From Patescibacteria group bacterium (GTDB lineage Bacteria; Patescibacteriota; Patescibacteriia; UBA10025; JAHIVO01), in NCBI GenBank assembly GCA_049325535.1, contig JBMOKY010000001.1:1008048-1072047 (forward strand): a stretch of 64,000 bases of DNA, in the 5' to 3' direction. The notes beneath the pieces are model-generated. The model did no database searches. It was not told the DNA's origin and was given only the letters and a program-made list of their open reading frames with translations. This document shows, piece after piece, positions 17,516-28,540 of the stretch (positions within the stretch are counted from its first letter, which is position 1; each line of letters opens with the position of its first letter). Position numbers and translations under genes: made by a program.

Positions 17516-19842
17516 ACCCGATTACCATATTCATCAACCTGCTCTTCTTCGTCATCAGTCTCCTCGACCTCAGTAACCTCATCCGGTACGTCGGATGCAT
17601 CGCTTATATCTTCCAGGGTGTCCTCACTCTGATGTGCCACTAAAATTTCCCGGGGTTTCGCACCGTCACCGGGTCCGATAACGCCCTGCTCCTCGAGGAT
17701 ATCCAAAATTCGCGCGGCACGGGCATAACCAATGCGTAACCGCCGCTGGAGAAACGATGCTGACGCTTTGCCTGCTTTTACCACGATGTCCCTGGCCTGA
17801 CTGACTAATTCATCATCACCCATATCCTCAAAGCTGCCTATCAAAGTTTTATCGACAACTTTCTGTACCACCGCCTCCTCATATTCCGGCTCGCCCTTAC
17901 TCTTCAGGAATGCGACGACACGGCTGATTTCCTCATCGGTGACAAACGCACCCTGTAATCGCCGGGGCTTAGACAGCTGGGAGGACGTATAGAGCATGTC
18001 CCCGCGTCCGAGCAGTTTCTCCGCCCCGGCGGTATCCAGAATGGTTCGGGAGTCGATCTGCGATGCCACGGCAAATGCGATTCGGGTGGTAATATTTGCC
18101 TTTATCAAACCGGTAATAATATCAACTGACGGGCGCTGAGTGGCGAGAATCAAATGGATGCCCACGGCACGAGCCATCTGCGCCAGTCGCACGATGGCTG
18201 CCTCTACTTCATTGGCTGCTACCGACATCAGGTCGGCTAATTCATCGATAGCGACCACTAGATAGGGCATCATATTACCATTATCGCGATTGTACGCCTG
18301 AATATTGCGATGGCCGGTTTTGGATAACAGTTGATACCGACGATCCATTTCAGCGACTACCCATCTGAGCGCATTGATGGTCTTCGTCACTTCATTGACC
18401 ACCGGCGTGATCAGATGCGGAATACCATTATACACCGATAATTCGACCCGCTTCGGATCCACTAAAATAAGTTTGAGTTCGTCTGGTGAATTCTGGTACA
18501 GCAGGCTGAGGATAATAGCATTCAGCATGACGGATTTGCCTGACCCTGTGGAGCCGGCGATCAAAAGATGAGGCATCGGCCCGATATCTTCCACCCACAT
18601 CGTGCCAGCCACGTCCTTCCCCACACCGATAGACAAATTTGATTTGCGTTTTTTGAATTCCTTGCTCATCAGAATCTCCTTCAGCTTTACCACCGCCACT
18701 GCTTTATTCGGTACCTCGATGCCTACCAAAGACTTGCCGGGAATCGGCGCCTCGATACGAATCGGATGAGCAGCCAGGGCCAATGCCAAGTCATTGTTCA
18801 GCGTGGTTATCTGGGATAATTTAACGCCCTCATCCGGCTTCAGCGTATACTGCGTGACGGTCGGACCTACTTTTGTTTCGCCCATTTCCACTTCAATGCC
18901 AAAATTCTGAAACGTATCATGGATAGTCTTCTTGATCATCTCAATATCACCGCTGGTCGGCTTTTCATTGCTTGATTCCAGTAAATCGACGGGGATGTCG
19001 ATCGTGCGGCGTCGAGCCTTCTCCTGGTGAAACATCGCTATCTGCTGGTGGGGTTGGGTATCAGCGGCCGAAGCGGGCTGAGCGGCAGCGTCGGGATTGG
19101 CAGTGGGCACGTCGCTGACGGCAAATGACGGAGGGGCTTGCGGAGCCGACTGGCTGGTTGCCGCATCCTCATCAGCCGCGTCACCGTCCGGGGTCTGATC
19201 CATATTCACCCGTAATCGATAAAAAAATTCACGAAACCGTTCACTGATCCGCTTGATAAAGTTTCCCTGTTCATACAGTCGGCTCAATGAGACATCAAAC
19301 ATAACTAGCAACGAAATGACAAAAACCGCAAAAAGGATAACGCCGGTTGCCCAGGGCCCCATCAATTTCTCCAGCGGGTATGACAACACAAAACCGATAT
19401 ACCCACCACCGCGTCCGCTGCCAATCTCGGATGCCGCCTGATCCAGAGGTAAGGCGATCAAATGCAAAAAACCGGTTCCGCTCAGCACCAGCAGGGCCAA
19501 CCCAACGCCGTTGGACAGCCGAAATGAGTATTGCCGCGGTCGTATCATCAGATACCCCAGATAGACCAAAATGATCGGCACCGCGATTTTACCCCAGCCG
19601 AAGAGATAGACTAACGCAGTGCGAATGGCGCCGCCAAACTGACCAGCCCAGCCGAAGAGACTAAAAAACATGACGATGGCGAGCGTAAAAACAAGTACGA
19701 TATAAATGCCGTGCTTGGTCTCGGGTTTGAGTCGCGGCTGACGTTCGTCCTGGTCGTCCGGCTGTTCTCGCCGCTCCCGCTGCGCTTCTTTTTTAAACTT
19801 TTGTAAGTATGGTTTATTTGGTTTTTTGGCCATGAACATCAC
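17512..19842 (-). CDS. ftsK: DNA translocase FtsK/SpoIIIE
   Basis: N-terminal TM helices, a Pro/Ala-rich linker, motor domain with Walker A GSTGSGKS, and a C-terminal gamma winged-helix domain. Confidence 0.9.
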   Translation of the reverse strand: MMFMAKKPNKPYLQKFKKEAQRERREQPDDQDERQPRLKPETKHGIYIVLVFTLAIVMFFSLFGWAGQFGGAIRTALVYLFGWGKIAVPIILVYLGYLMIRPRQYSFRLSNGVGLALLVLSGTGFLHLIALPLDQAASEIGSGRGGGYIGFVLSYPLEKLMGPWATGVILFAVFVISLLVMFDVSLSRLYEQGNFIKRISERFREFFYRLRVNMDQTPDGDAADEDAATSQSAPQAPPSFAVSDVPTANPDAAAQPASAADTQPHQQIAMFHQEKARRRTIDIPVDLLESSNEKPTSGDIEMIKKTIHDTFQNFGIEVEMGETKVGPTVTQYTLKPDEGVKLSQITTLNNDLALALAAHPIRIEAPIPGKSLVGIEVPNKAVAVVKLKEILMSKEFKKRKSNLSIGVGKDVAGTMWVEDIGPMPHLLIAGSTGSGKSVMLNAIILSLLYQNSPDELKLILVDPKRVELSVYNGIPHLITPVVNEVTKTINALRWVVAEMDRRYQLLSKTGHRNIQAYNRDNGNMMPYLVVAIDELADLMSVAANEVEAAIVRLAQMARAVGIHLILATQRPSVDIITGLIKANITTRIAFAVASQIDSRTILDTAGAEKLLGRGDMLYTSSQLSKPRRLQGAFVTDEEISRVVAFLKSKGEPEYEEAVVQKVVDKTLIGSFEDMGDDELVSQARDIVVKAGKASASFLQRRLRIGYARAARILDILEEQGVIGPGDGAKPREILVAHQSEDTLEDISDASDVPDEVTEVEETDDEEEQVDEYGNRV

Positions 19843-19896
19843 CCATGTTATGCTGTCAGGGTTGCTCTATTTTACCACTTTTAGTCCAATAATTCA

Positions 19897-19931
19897 ACAC
19901 AAAACCCAGCCCTCTGCTATCGAGGGCTGGG
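19897..19931 (-). terminator. Intrinsic terminator after rpoC
   Basis: On the minus strand a CCCAGCCCTC...GAGGGCTGGG hairpin is followed by a UUUUGUGUU tract. Confidence 0.6.
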
Positions 19932-19947
19932 CCTGAAATCGGTTTGA

Positions 19948-22900
19948 TTATTTCTTGGCTGCTTCCGCGGACGTGTCTGGTACCGGCGGCTGATTACGGC
20001 GGAATTCAAAACCGGAACCGGCCGGGATGAGTTTACCGATAATCACGTTTTCTTTCAAACCGCGCAACGTATCGATTTTTCCGGACACCGCCGCATCAAT
20101 CAATACACGAGCTGTCTCCTGGAACGATGCAGCCGATAGGAAACTTTCGATGGACAGCGATGCTTTGGTAATACCGAGCAATAGCGGCTCACCAATCGCC
20201 GGCTCACCTTTTTCCGCAGCTGATTCTGCATTTGCTTCGAGAAATTTACTCTTCTCAATCACCTCGCCGGATAAAAGACTCGTATCGCCTGGATTTTTGA
20301 TATAGAGCCGAGAAAATATCTGACGCACGACGATTTCGATGTGTTTCTCGTTCAATTTCTGGCCTTGCGACGAATAGATGTACTGAATTTCTTTGATGAT
20401 ATATCGCTGCACGGCTTCCTGGCCTTTCAGATAGAACAGCTGGTGCAGATCCACGCTTCCGTCAGTCAAACGGTCGCCGACATTGACTAAATCGCCTTCC
20501 TTGGCCCAAACCATCTGGCCCGGCATGGCCAAAAACTCACGCTCTTTTTGCTTCTCACTGATCACCACCACCCCTTCATCGGCCAGTTTGACGGTACCTG
20601 ATGATTTTGCGAGAACTTCCTGTTCGTGATCAATATAGAGGACATCCTGCGCTTTTACTTTGGCCCCATCTTTGACTTTAATCGTGGCTTTTTTGAGATT
20701 CTTTATCTTATACAGCTGCTCATCAAGTGCCTGATGGGTGATGATGATCCGCTTGGAGCGCTTGTCATCACCATCGCGGATGGAAACAGTGCCAGCCACA
20801 TTCGCAATCACCGCTGGACGGCGGATGGGCCGCGCCTCAAATAATTCTTCAACCCGCGGAAGCCCCTGAGTGATATCCTGTCCTGCCACACCGCCGGTGT
20901 GGAACGTACGCATCGTCAACTGAGTTCCTGGCTCACCAATACTCTGTGCGGCTATGATGCCGACGGCGGTACCGAGGACGACAAGCTTATTGAATCCCAG
21001 GTCATACCCGTAGCACTTCTGGCAGATGCCCCAGCTTGATTTACAGCTCAAGACCGAACGGATCTTCACCTCAGGTAAATCAATTTTTTCCAATTTCGGT
21101 ATGTGCTCCTCGGTGACCAGTTCATTTTTCTTTACGATAACTTTTCCTTTAGTGTCCTTAATTTCCTGCAATACCACCCGACCCAGCAACCGCTTGCCCA
21201 TGCTATCGCCAAATTCGGTCCCGTCACTTTTGAGCACAAACCCGTCTTTATCACCACAATCCTTTTCTGTGACGATAACGTCCTGACATACGTCAACCAG
21301 CCGACGGGTGAGATACCCGGCATTAGCAGTACGCAATGCCGTATCCGACAGCCCTTTACGGGCACCGTGGGTGGAGATGAAATATTCCAGTACATCAAAT
21401 CCTTCTTTGAAACTCCCCTTCACCGGCAATTCGATGGTTTCACCAGCCGGGTTGGTCACCAGACCTTTCATGCCCATCATCTGGGTCGTCTGTGCCCAGG
21501 AACCACGGGCGCCTGATTCAATCATGCTGAAAATAGGACCATTTTGATCCAGCGCCTTGCGACTCACTTCCTGAATCTGATCCTTGGCGCCAGCCCAGAT
21601 TTCAATCACCTTCATGTGACGCTCATCATCGGTCAATAAGCCCTGATCGAAATGATGTTCCACCTCCTCGACCTGCTTCTCCGCTTGGGAAAGAATGTCG
21701 CGTTTCTGTGGCGGCGTCACCAGATCATCCATGCCCCAACTGATGCCGGAACGAGTAAGAAAATCAAAAGAGGCCGTCTTCAGACGATCAAGTATTTCGG
21801 TCGTCCGCGCGTTTCCAAGCGCATTGATGATAGTGCTGATCATCTTGGAAATTGCTTTCTTGTCCATGGTCTCGTTGATGTAGCCAAGTTCAGCGGGCAA
21901 AAGTTGATTGAACACCAGACGTCCTGTGGTTGTTTCGATGATGGTACCATTGACGGGCACCATGATAGCGTCCTGGATATGAATATGCCCCAACTCCTCG
22001 GCCATCACCGCCTCGTCAATCGAGCTGAAATAGTGCGGCTGACGATCATCATGTTTCCGCATGACCGTGATGTAGTACATGCCCAAAACCATATCTTGGG
22101 TCGGGCTGACGATCGGCTGGCCGGTGGATGGTTTCAATAGGTTATTGACCGAAGCAATAATCTCAGCGGCTTCGCGCTTGGCATTTTCCGTCAGCGGAAC
22201 ATGTACCGCCATCTGGTCGCCATCAAAATCAGCATTAAACGCGGAGCAGACGAGCGGATGTACCTGGATTGCTTTACCCTCGATCAGCACGGGACGAAAT
22301 GCCTGAATGCCGAGCCGGTGAAGGGTTGGAGCGCGATTCAATAATACATGCGCATCCTTTGATACCTCTTCCAGAATATCCCATACCTCCGAACGGCCCG
22401 ATTCTATGAATCGGCTGGCGCTCCGGACATTATGCACATACTCCCGTTTGATCAGCTGACTGATAATAAAGGGTTTAAAAAGTTCTAGCGCCATACGTTT
22501 TGGCAAGCCGCACTGATCCATGCGCAGATGCGGACCGACTACGATGACCGAACGCCCAGAATAATCAACGCGTTTGCCCAGCAAATTCTGACGGAATCGA
22601 CCCTGCTTGCCTTTGAGGATGTCAGCGATTGACTTGAGTTGGCGCTTTTGGCCGGTCGATGCAGTGACGGTTTTGCCATGGCGAGCATTATTGTCGATCA
22701 AAGCATCAACTGCTTCCTGCAACATGCGTTTTTCATTACGCCGGATGACTTCCGGTGCATTGAGGGCAATCAGGCGCTTCAGACGATTATTCCGATTGAT
22801 AACCCGGCGATACAAATCATTTAAATCGGACGCGGCAAATCTGCCACCATCGAGCTGTACCATTGGCCGCAGGTCAGGCGGAATCACCGGAACCACGGTC

Positions 22901-23853
22901 AAAATCATCCATTCCGGACGGAATTTATTTATCTTAAAACTCTTGAATAATTTCAAACGGCGAATGGCACGACGTTTTTTCGCGTCGGGCAAATCAGCGA
23001 TCTCTTTCTCGAGATCGACAATCATGGTATCCAAATCAATCTCACTCAGTAGATTGCGGACGCCCTCGGCACCGATTTCCGCCTCAAAGACATGACCATA
23101 TTTCAGCGACAGATCACGATACTGCTGCTCGGAAATAATCTGCAGCGGGCGAAGAGCCTTGAGTTCTTTCTTGGCCAGCTCCACCGCTTCTTCAAGGTCA
23201 TTTAATTTCTTCTCTTTGCGCTGCGTATTTGCCTGCAGTTCTTCTTCGATATCCTTCAGGAGTAGTTTTTGCTTCGCCTCATCTGGTGTTTTCGCCACTT
23301 CCTGCGCCTGACGTTGTTTGATGTCATTACTGACTCGACTGGCGTCTGCCTCGATTGACTTTTTCTTTGCCTGGTACTCGACATTGATTTGTTCCAATGT
23401 CTGATCCCGGAGCTCATTGTCAATTTTGGTGATAATGAAGTTGGCAAAATAAATTACCTTTTCCAATTCCTGGACGGAAAGATCCAGCATCAAACCAATC
23501 TTTGATGGTACCCCGCGCAAAAACCAAATATGCGAAACTGGGGCGGCCAGAGCGATATGCCCCATGCGCTCGCGGCGGACAATGCTGCGCGTCACTTCGA
23601 CGCCGCATTTATCACACACAATACCTTTATACCGAACTTTTTTGTACTTGCCACAATAACACTCCCAATCCTTGGTCGGTCCAAAAATCTTTTCACAAAA
23701 CAGTCCATCTTTCTCGGGCTTTTGCGTACGATAATTAATGGTCTCCGGTTTGGTCACCTCACCATGAGACCAGCCCATAATATTGTCCGGGCTGGCTAAT
23801 TTGAGTCGAATAGCGTTGAAATCTACGGTAGTCGGGCTTACTTCTCCAATCAT
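19948..23853 (-). CDS. rpoC: DNA-directed RNA polymerase subunit beta'
   Basis: 1301 aa. Zinc-binding CxxC...CxxC at the N-terminus, the catalytic NADFDGD motif, and bridge-helix / trigger-loop regions. Confidence 0.97.
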   Translation of the reverse strand: MIGEVSPTTVDFNAIRLKLASPDNIMGWSHGEVTKPETINYRTQKPEKDGLFCEKIFGPTKDWECYCGKYKKVRYKGIVCDKCGVEVTRSIVRRERMGHIALAAPVSHIWFLRGVPSKIGLMLDLSVQELEKVIYFANFIITKIDNELRDQTLEQINVEYQAKKKSIEADASRVSNDIKQRQAQEVAKTPDEAKQKLLLKDIEEELQANTQRKEKKLNDLEEAVELAKKELKALRPLQIISEQQYRDLSLKYGHVFEAEIGAEGVRNLLSEIDLDTMIVDLEKEIADLPDAKKRRAIRRLKLFKSFKINKFRPEWMILTVVPVIPPDLRPMVQLDGGRFAASDLNDLYRRVINRNNRLKRLIALNAPEVIRRNEKRMLQEAVDALIDNNARHGKTVTASTGQKRQLKSIADILKGKQGRFRQNLLGKRVDYSGRSVIVVGPHLRMDQCGLPKRMALELFKPFIISQLIKREYVHNVRSASRFIESGRSEVWDILEEVSKDAHVLLNRAPTLHRLGIQAFRPVLIEGKAIQVHPLVCSAFNADFDGDQMAVHVPLTENAKREAAEIIASVNNLLKPSTGQPIVSPTQDMVLGMYYITVMRKHDDRQPHYFSSIDEAVMAEELGHIHIQDAIMVPVNGTIIETTTGRLVFNQLLPAELGYINETMDKKAISKMISTIINALGNARTTEILDRLKTASFDFLTRSGISWGMDDLVTPPQKRDILSQAEKQVEEVEHHFDQGLLTDDERHMKVIEIWAGAKDQIQEVSRKALDQNGPIFSMIESGARGSWAQTTQMMGMKGLVTNPAGETIELPVKGSFKEGFDVLEYFISTHGARKGLSDTALRTANAGYLTRRLVDVCQDVIVTEKDCGDKDGFVLKSDGTEFGDSMGKRLLGRVVLQEIKDTKGKVIVKKNELVTEEHIPKLEKIDLPEVKIRSVLSCKSSWGICQKCYGYDLGFNKLVVLGTAVGIIAAQSIGEPGTQLTMRTFHTGGVAGQDITQGLPRVEELFEARPIRRPAVIANVAGTVSIRDGDDKRSKRIIITHQALDEQLYKIKNLKKATIKVKDGAKVKAQDVLYIDHEQEVLAKSSGTVKLADEGVVVISEKQKEREFLAMPGQMVWAKEGDLVNVGDRLTDGSVDLHQLFYLKGQEAVQRYIIKEIQYIYSSQGQKLNEKHIEIVVRQIFSRLYIKNPGDTSLLSGEVIEKSKFLEANAESAAEKGEPAIGEPLLLGITKASLSIESFLSAASFQETARVLIDAAVSGKIDTLRGLKENVIIGKLIPAGSGFEFRRNQPPVPDTSAEAAKK

Positions 23854-23858
23854 AGGGG

Positions 23859-26800
23859 TTATTCGTTAGTGCCTTTCGTATCTGCCGCAGCAGGAGTAGC
23901 AGCTTCCGTCACTGGTGGAACGGACGCCTGCGGAGCGTCGTCACGGCCGTCATCGGTCTTTTCGCCGATCAATTCGACGTCCAGACACAAGCCTTTCAGT
24001 TCACGGATAAGCACATTAAATGTTTCGGGGATATTGAGTTTGCGGATTGACTCACCTTTGATGATTGCCTCATACGCTTTGGATCGACCGGGCACGTCAT
24101 CAGATTTGATGGTCAGCATTTCCTGCAGTGTATACGCGGCACCATAGGCTTCCAGTGCCCACACCTCCATTTCACCAAACCGCTGACCGCCGAATTGCGC
24201 CTTACCACCCAGTGGCTGCTGGGTAACCAGCGAGTACGGACCGATCGACCGCATGTGAATTTTATCTTCCACCATATGGTTCAGTTTCAAAATATACATG
24301 TACCCCACCGTCACATCTTGATCAAATTTATCACCGGTGCGACCGTCATAGAGTGTCACCTTACCATTACGGGGGAATCCCGCTTTTTCCAGTTCTTCAC
24401 GGATAGTCTCCTCATCGGTACCATTGAGCGGTGCGGTGGCTACTTTATACCCGAGCGCCTTGGCAGCCATACCGAGATGGGTCTCGAGAATCTGTCCAAT
24501 ATTCATACGGGAGGCAACACCCAGCGGATTCAGCACCACATCGACCGGGGTGCCGTCAGCCAGATGCGGCATGTCCTCTGCCGGAACGATGCGGGAGATG
24601 ACGCCTTTGTTGCCATGACGGCCGGCTAATTTGTCGCCCACCTGAATTTTACGCAACTGCGCCACGGAAACCTGAATTGATTTCAATATACCCGAGGCTA
24701 ATTTGTCGCCTTGTTCACGGGAGAAAATCTTCACATCGACAACTTTCCCTTGCTCACCATGCTCGAGATAGAGTGAACTATCCTTGACGTCTTTTGCTTT
24801 TTCCCCGAAAATCGCCCGCAGCAATTTTTCCTCTGCCGATAGCTCTGTTTCACCCTTGGGCGTAATTTTCCCAACCAGGATGTCACCGGATGACACTTCC
24901 GCTCCGATCCTGACGATACCCTCTTCGTCCAAGTCTTTTAATTTTTCTTCACCAATATTCGGTATGTCCCGCGTCACTACTTCCGGTCCCAGTTTCGTAT
25001 CACGCACATCGACGGTATAATCCTCGACGTGGATAGAAGTATATTTATCCGACTGCATCAACCGATCCGACAGTAAAATGGCATCCTCATAATTACCGCC
25101 CTCCCAGGACATAAATGCCACCAGGGCGTTTTGACCGAGCGCCAGCTCACCATGATCCGTCGCCGGTCCATCAGCCAGTACATCGCCTGGTTTTACCTGC
25201 TGACCGACTGTCACCACCGGACGCTGGTTAATACAGGTCGAGGCATTGGAGCGGACAAATTTTTGTAAACGATAGTTGTGGAGCTTACCCTGGGTATCTT
25301 TGATCTGGATCGATGCGCCGTCCACAAAGGCGACCGTGCCAGCTACTGACGCCACGATTGTCTGACCGGAATCGGTAGCCGCTTTGTGCTCCACCCCGGT
25401 TCCGACGAGCGGAGAATCAGGCATGACACAGGGCACTGCTTGCCGCTGCATATTTGAACCCATCAGAGCGCGCACGGCGTCGTCATGCTCCAAAAAGGGA
25501 ATCAGCGCGGTGGTAATGCTAATAATCTGATAGGGCGCCACATCCATGTAATCTATTTTATACACATAATCAACGGTCGGCTCACCTCGGCGACGGACTT
25601 CGGCTTTTTCATTGATGAAGTACCCGTCGTCAGTGATTGGGGTTGTCGCAGCCGTGGTGATACTGCGCTCCTCGACAAATGCATCGAGGTATACCAGCTC
25701 ATTGGTCACGTGCGGCCGAACCGGGATTGTCGGCTGACCAGTTGCCACGAGTTTTTCTGCCAGCGCTTTGGTGATAGTTTCGCCGGCATGGCCGATTACC
25801 GTGCCGGTAGCATCCGATACATCATCGCGCAGCGCCTCACCCTCGATCAGTGCTACTTTATTTTCCGGGTCATGCACGACCTTGCGGAACGGCGTTTCGA
25901 TAAATCCAAATTCATTGACCCGTGCATAGCATGACAAATGACCCACCAGTCCAATGTTTGGTCCTTCCGGGGTAGCAATCGGGCAAATCCGTCCATAGTG
26001 GGTGCGGTGTACATCGCGAACATCAAACCCAGCACGTTCACGCGACAAACCGCCGGGGCCCATGGCGGAAAGGCGTCGTTTGTGCTCCAGCTCAGCCAAA
26101 GGATTGGTCTGATCCATAAACTGGGATAGCTGCGAAGACATGAAAAATTCTTTGATAGACCCAATAATCGGTCGCGCATTGATAAGCTGATTCGGCGTCA
26201 GGGTATTGATATCCATGGTGCTCATCCGATCTTTGACGATGCGCTCCATACGCGCCAGACCGATCCGAAATTTATTCTGCACCAATTCACCGATGGCGCG
26301 GACCCGGCGATTGCCCAGGTGGTCGATATCATCGGGTTCACGTTGGGAATTATTGAGATTGATGATTTCCTTGATGATGGCCATCACGTCCTCTTTTTGC
26401 AGCACGCGGTACTCCTTTGTATTCGGGAAATCAAATCCAAAACGCTGATTTAATTTGTACCGGCCGACCCGACCAAAATCATACCGATCAAAAGAAAAAA
26501 ACATTTTATAAATCAACTCGCGTGCGTTATCGATAGTTGCCAAATCACCCGGCCGGATACGTTTATACACCTCCCGTAAACCTTCGGCTTCGTTGCGGGC
26601 GATATCCTTGTTCAGGGTAGCGCCGATATAATCCACTTCCTGGTTCAGCTGAACATCTGCGAAAAGATTACGTATCTCTTCATCCGTACCAAAACCAAAT
26701 GCGCGCAGTAAGGAGGTCACGGGCACTTTTCGCTTGCGATCGATTTTGACGGACATGACATTGTTCGCGTCAGTCTCGAGCTCCAGCCATGCGCCTCGAT

Positions 26801-27314
26801 TCGGAATAATCTTCGCTCCATAGTACCGACGTCCGCGAATAATTTCAGACGTAAAAAAAACACCAGCCGAACGGATCAGCTGGCTCACTACTACGCGCTC
26901 AATACCATTAATAATAAAAGTGCCGCGATCGGTCATGAGCGGGAAATCGCCCAGGTATACTTCCTGCTCCTTGATTTCACCGGTCTTTTTATTGACCAGT
27001 TTGGTCTCGACGCGCAATGGCGCTTCATAGGTAACATTTTTTTCTTTCGCCTTCCATTCATCAAACCGCGGCTCATCGAGGTAATAGTCGAGGAAGTATA
27101 ATTCCAAATCACGTCCGATGAAATCCTTCACCGGGGAAACCTCTTCAAACAGTTCCTTTAGTCCTTCGCGCAGAAACCATTCGTATGAATGACGCTGGGC
27201 CTCGATCAGATTTGGCAATTCGGTGACTGCCGCAGTTTTTGTAAACCGCATGCGCACAGGCGCTAAAGTCGTATGAGACGTAGACATAAAAATAGACTCT
27301 CCCCACCCTTTCAC
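23859..27314 (-). CDS. rpoB: DNA-directed RNA polymerase subunit beta
   Basis: 1151 aa with conserved rpoB blocks (e.g. [15 protein letters not shown]). It lies immediately upstream of rpoC on the same strand. Confidence 0.97.
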   Translation of the reverse strand: MKGWGESIFMSTSHTTLAPVRMRFTKTAAVTELPNLIEAQRHSYEWFLREGLKELFEEVSPVKDFIGRDLELYFLDYYLDEPRFDEWKAKEKNVTYEAPLRVETKLVNKKTGEIKEQEVYLGDFPLMTDRGTFIINGIERVVVSQLIRSAGVFFTSEIIRGRRYYGAKIIPNRGAWLELETDANNVMSVKIDRKRKVPVTSLLRAFGFGTDEEIRNLFADVQLNQEVDYIGATLNKDIARNEAEGLREVYKRIRPGDLATIDNARELIYKMFFSFDRYDFGRVGRYKLNQRFGFDFPNTKEYRVLQKEDVMAIIKEIINLNNSQREPDDIDHLGNRRVRAIGELVQNKFRIGLARMERIVKDRMSTMDINTLTPNQLINARPIIGSIKEFFMSSQLSQFMDQTNPLAELEHKRRLSAMGPGGLSRERAGFDVRDVHRTHYGRICPIATPEGPNIGLVGHLSCYARVNEFGFIETPFRKVVHDPENKVALIEGEALRDDVSDATGTVIGHAGETITKALAEKLVATGQPTIPVRPHVTNELVYLDAFVEERSITTAATTPITDDGYFINEKAEVRRRGEPTVDYVYKIDYMDVAPYQIISITTALIPFLEHDDAVRALMGSNMQRQAVPCVMPDSPLVGTGVEHKAATDSGQTIVASVAGTVAFVDGASIQIKDTQGKLHNYRLQKFVRSNASTCINQRPVVTVGQQVKPGDVLADGPATDHGELALGQNALVAFMSWEGGNYEDAILLSDRLMQSDKYTSIHVEDYTVDVRDTKLGPEVVTRDIPNIGEEKLKDLDEEGIVRIGAEVSSGDILVGKITPKGETELSAEEKLLRAIFGEKAKDVKDSSLYLEHGEQGKVVDVKIFSREQGDKLASGILKSIQVSVAQLRKIQVGDKLAGRHGNKGVISRIVPAEDMPHLADGTPVDVVLNPLGVASRMNIGQILETHLGMAAKALGYKVATAPLNGTDEETIREELEKAGFPRNGKVTLYDGRTGDKFDQDVTVGYMYILKLNHMVEDKIHMRSIGPYSLVTQQPLGGKAQFGGQRFGEMEVWALEAYGAAYTLQEMLTIKSDDVPGRSKAYEAIIKGESIRKLNIPETFNVLIRELKGLCLDVELIGEKTDDGRDDAPQASVPPVTEAATPAAADTKGTNE

Positions 27315-27408
27315 GTGTGAAAGAGGTTATAGAATTGGCTAATTTGTTATGATTTGAGACCTAACGTCATGTAATGTTTTGACGTCTCCGTAAGGATATG
27401 TATTTTCG

Positions 27409-27467
27409 ATAGTAACAGATGGTGTGGGTAGTGTCAAGTTTTAAGCAAAAAACAAAAAAAGTGTCAA
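27409..27467 (-). promoter_or_regulatory. Tandem candidate sigma70-like promoters for rpoBC (two TTGACA -35 boxes; TACTAT -10)
   Basis: Read on the minus strand: TTGACA (complement 27462-27467) + 17 nt + TTAAAA, and TTGACA (complement 27432-27437) + 17 nt + TACTAT (complement 27409-27414). Confidence 0.4.
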
Positions 27468-27604
27468 ATCATTGCTATGGTTAGCAAAATAACAAACACT
27501 AAATATATCAGCGGAGGTTTAAAATTGATATTGATCCTCACAGGTTATCCACAGTGATGCCTGATCCTGAAGATATTCGGCAATTGACCAAACTTTTTTC
27601 TGGT

Positions 27605-28534
27605 TTATTGCCCGCCGAGCGTCGGGGGCGTCTTATCTTTTCTAATATCTGAGTGACCTTTTTCCAGCTGGGACTGCTGTCGGGCCACCCCAGCCGCCAT
27701 GAGTATTTCCTTGGCGGCATTCAGCAAGCGGGACACTACCTGCTCTTCGGATTTTCCCTCAGCGGGAATCTCATAAGAGTACTCCCCGTGACGGATCCGA
27801 TCCAAACCATGAATAAGTATTTTCAATGGTTTGGTTACTCGCCGGGCGAGAAACCACGATAAGGCAAAAATAATAGGGATGACGATAGCCACTCCAAGGA
27901 CAATCCGCCAGAGCAGCCGATGACGCGTGGCACTGATCGTTTCCGCCCGATAATCAACTCCCAGGATACCCACTGCCTCTCCTGTATCATTTCGTAATGG
28001 TGCATATCCCGACAAAAACGAGCCCCACTTATCATACGTGATCTCCGAATCAGCGCTCGGTGCAGTCAGCGCATCATAAATCGCCGGAGCGATTGAGATG
28101 TCATACGGTTCACCCAAGAGCGCCTTTTCCTCTCCCTCGTCTATCAGATTGTCACCATTACGATCCTCGGAACCGGCTGCGCTAACCACAAACAGCATGA
28201 TATTCTCGATTTCCGTCGGGCGCAGGGTGTAGATGTCGTCGATCTGATCGTTCCCCGCCATGACCGATTGGAGATACAATTCCAATACCCGATAATCCTC
28301 CGATCGCATGTCGTCCGGGGTGCGCAGGCGCTCATGTACCTCGACTGGAATAAAATTTGCCGTGCGGGTGGCGATCGTTTTCAATTCAATCTGCGTATCG
28401 GAAAATTGCTGGCGTGACAGAAGATAATAAAATGCCCCCCCGACGATCAAGACGAGCAATGACGGAAAAATTGCCAATGGCCAGAAAACATACCGCCGAT
28501 AGGGAGATAAATTGTATAATTCACTAAGAGCCAT
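27605..28534 (-). CDS. Membrane sensor-like protein: two TM helices flanking a periplasmic Cache-like domain, then a HAMP domain, with no kinase or output domain
   Basis: TM1 near the N-terminus, a ~150-aa extracytoplasmic region, TM2 (LLWRIVLGVAIVIPIIFALSWFLA), then a HAMP-like RRVTKPLKILIHGLDRIRHGEYSYEIP. The protein ends ~50 aa later with no H-box. Confidence 0.55.
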   Translation of the reverse strand: MALSELYNLSPYRRYVFWPLAIFPSLLVLIVGGAFYYLLSRQQFSDTQIELKTIATRTANFIPVEVHERLRTPDDMRSEDYRVLELYLQSVMAGNDQIDDIYTLRPTEIENIMLFVVSAAGSEDRNGDNLIDEGEEKALLGEPYDISIAPAIYDALTAPSADSEITYDKWGSFLSGYAPLRNDTGEAVGILGVDYRAETISATRHRLLWRIVLGVAIVIPIIFALSWFLARRVTKPLKILIHGLDRIRHGEYSYEIPAEGKSEEQVVSRLLNAAKEILMAAGVARQQSQLEKGHSDIRKDKTPPTLGGQ

Positions 28535-28540
28535 ATAAAT

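Noticed and set aside
19947-19967. Partial third copy of the TTTCTTGGC palindrome motif
   Set aside because: Only one arm matches, and it lies inside the rpoC stop-proximal codons (KKAAEAS). It is likely coincidental.
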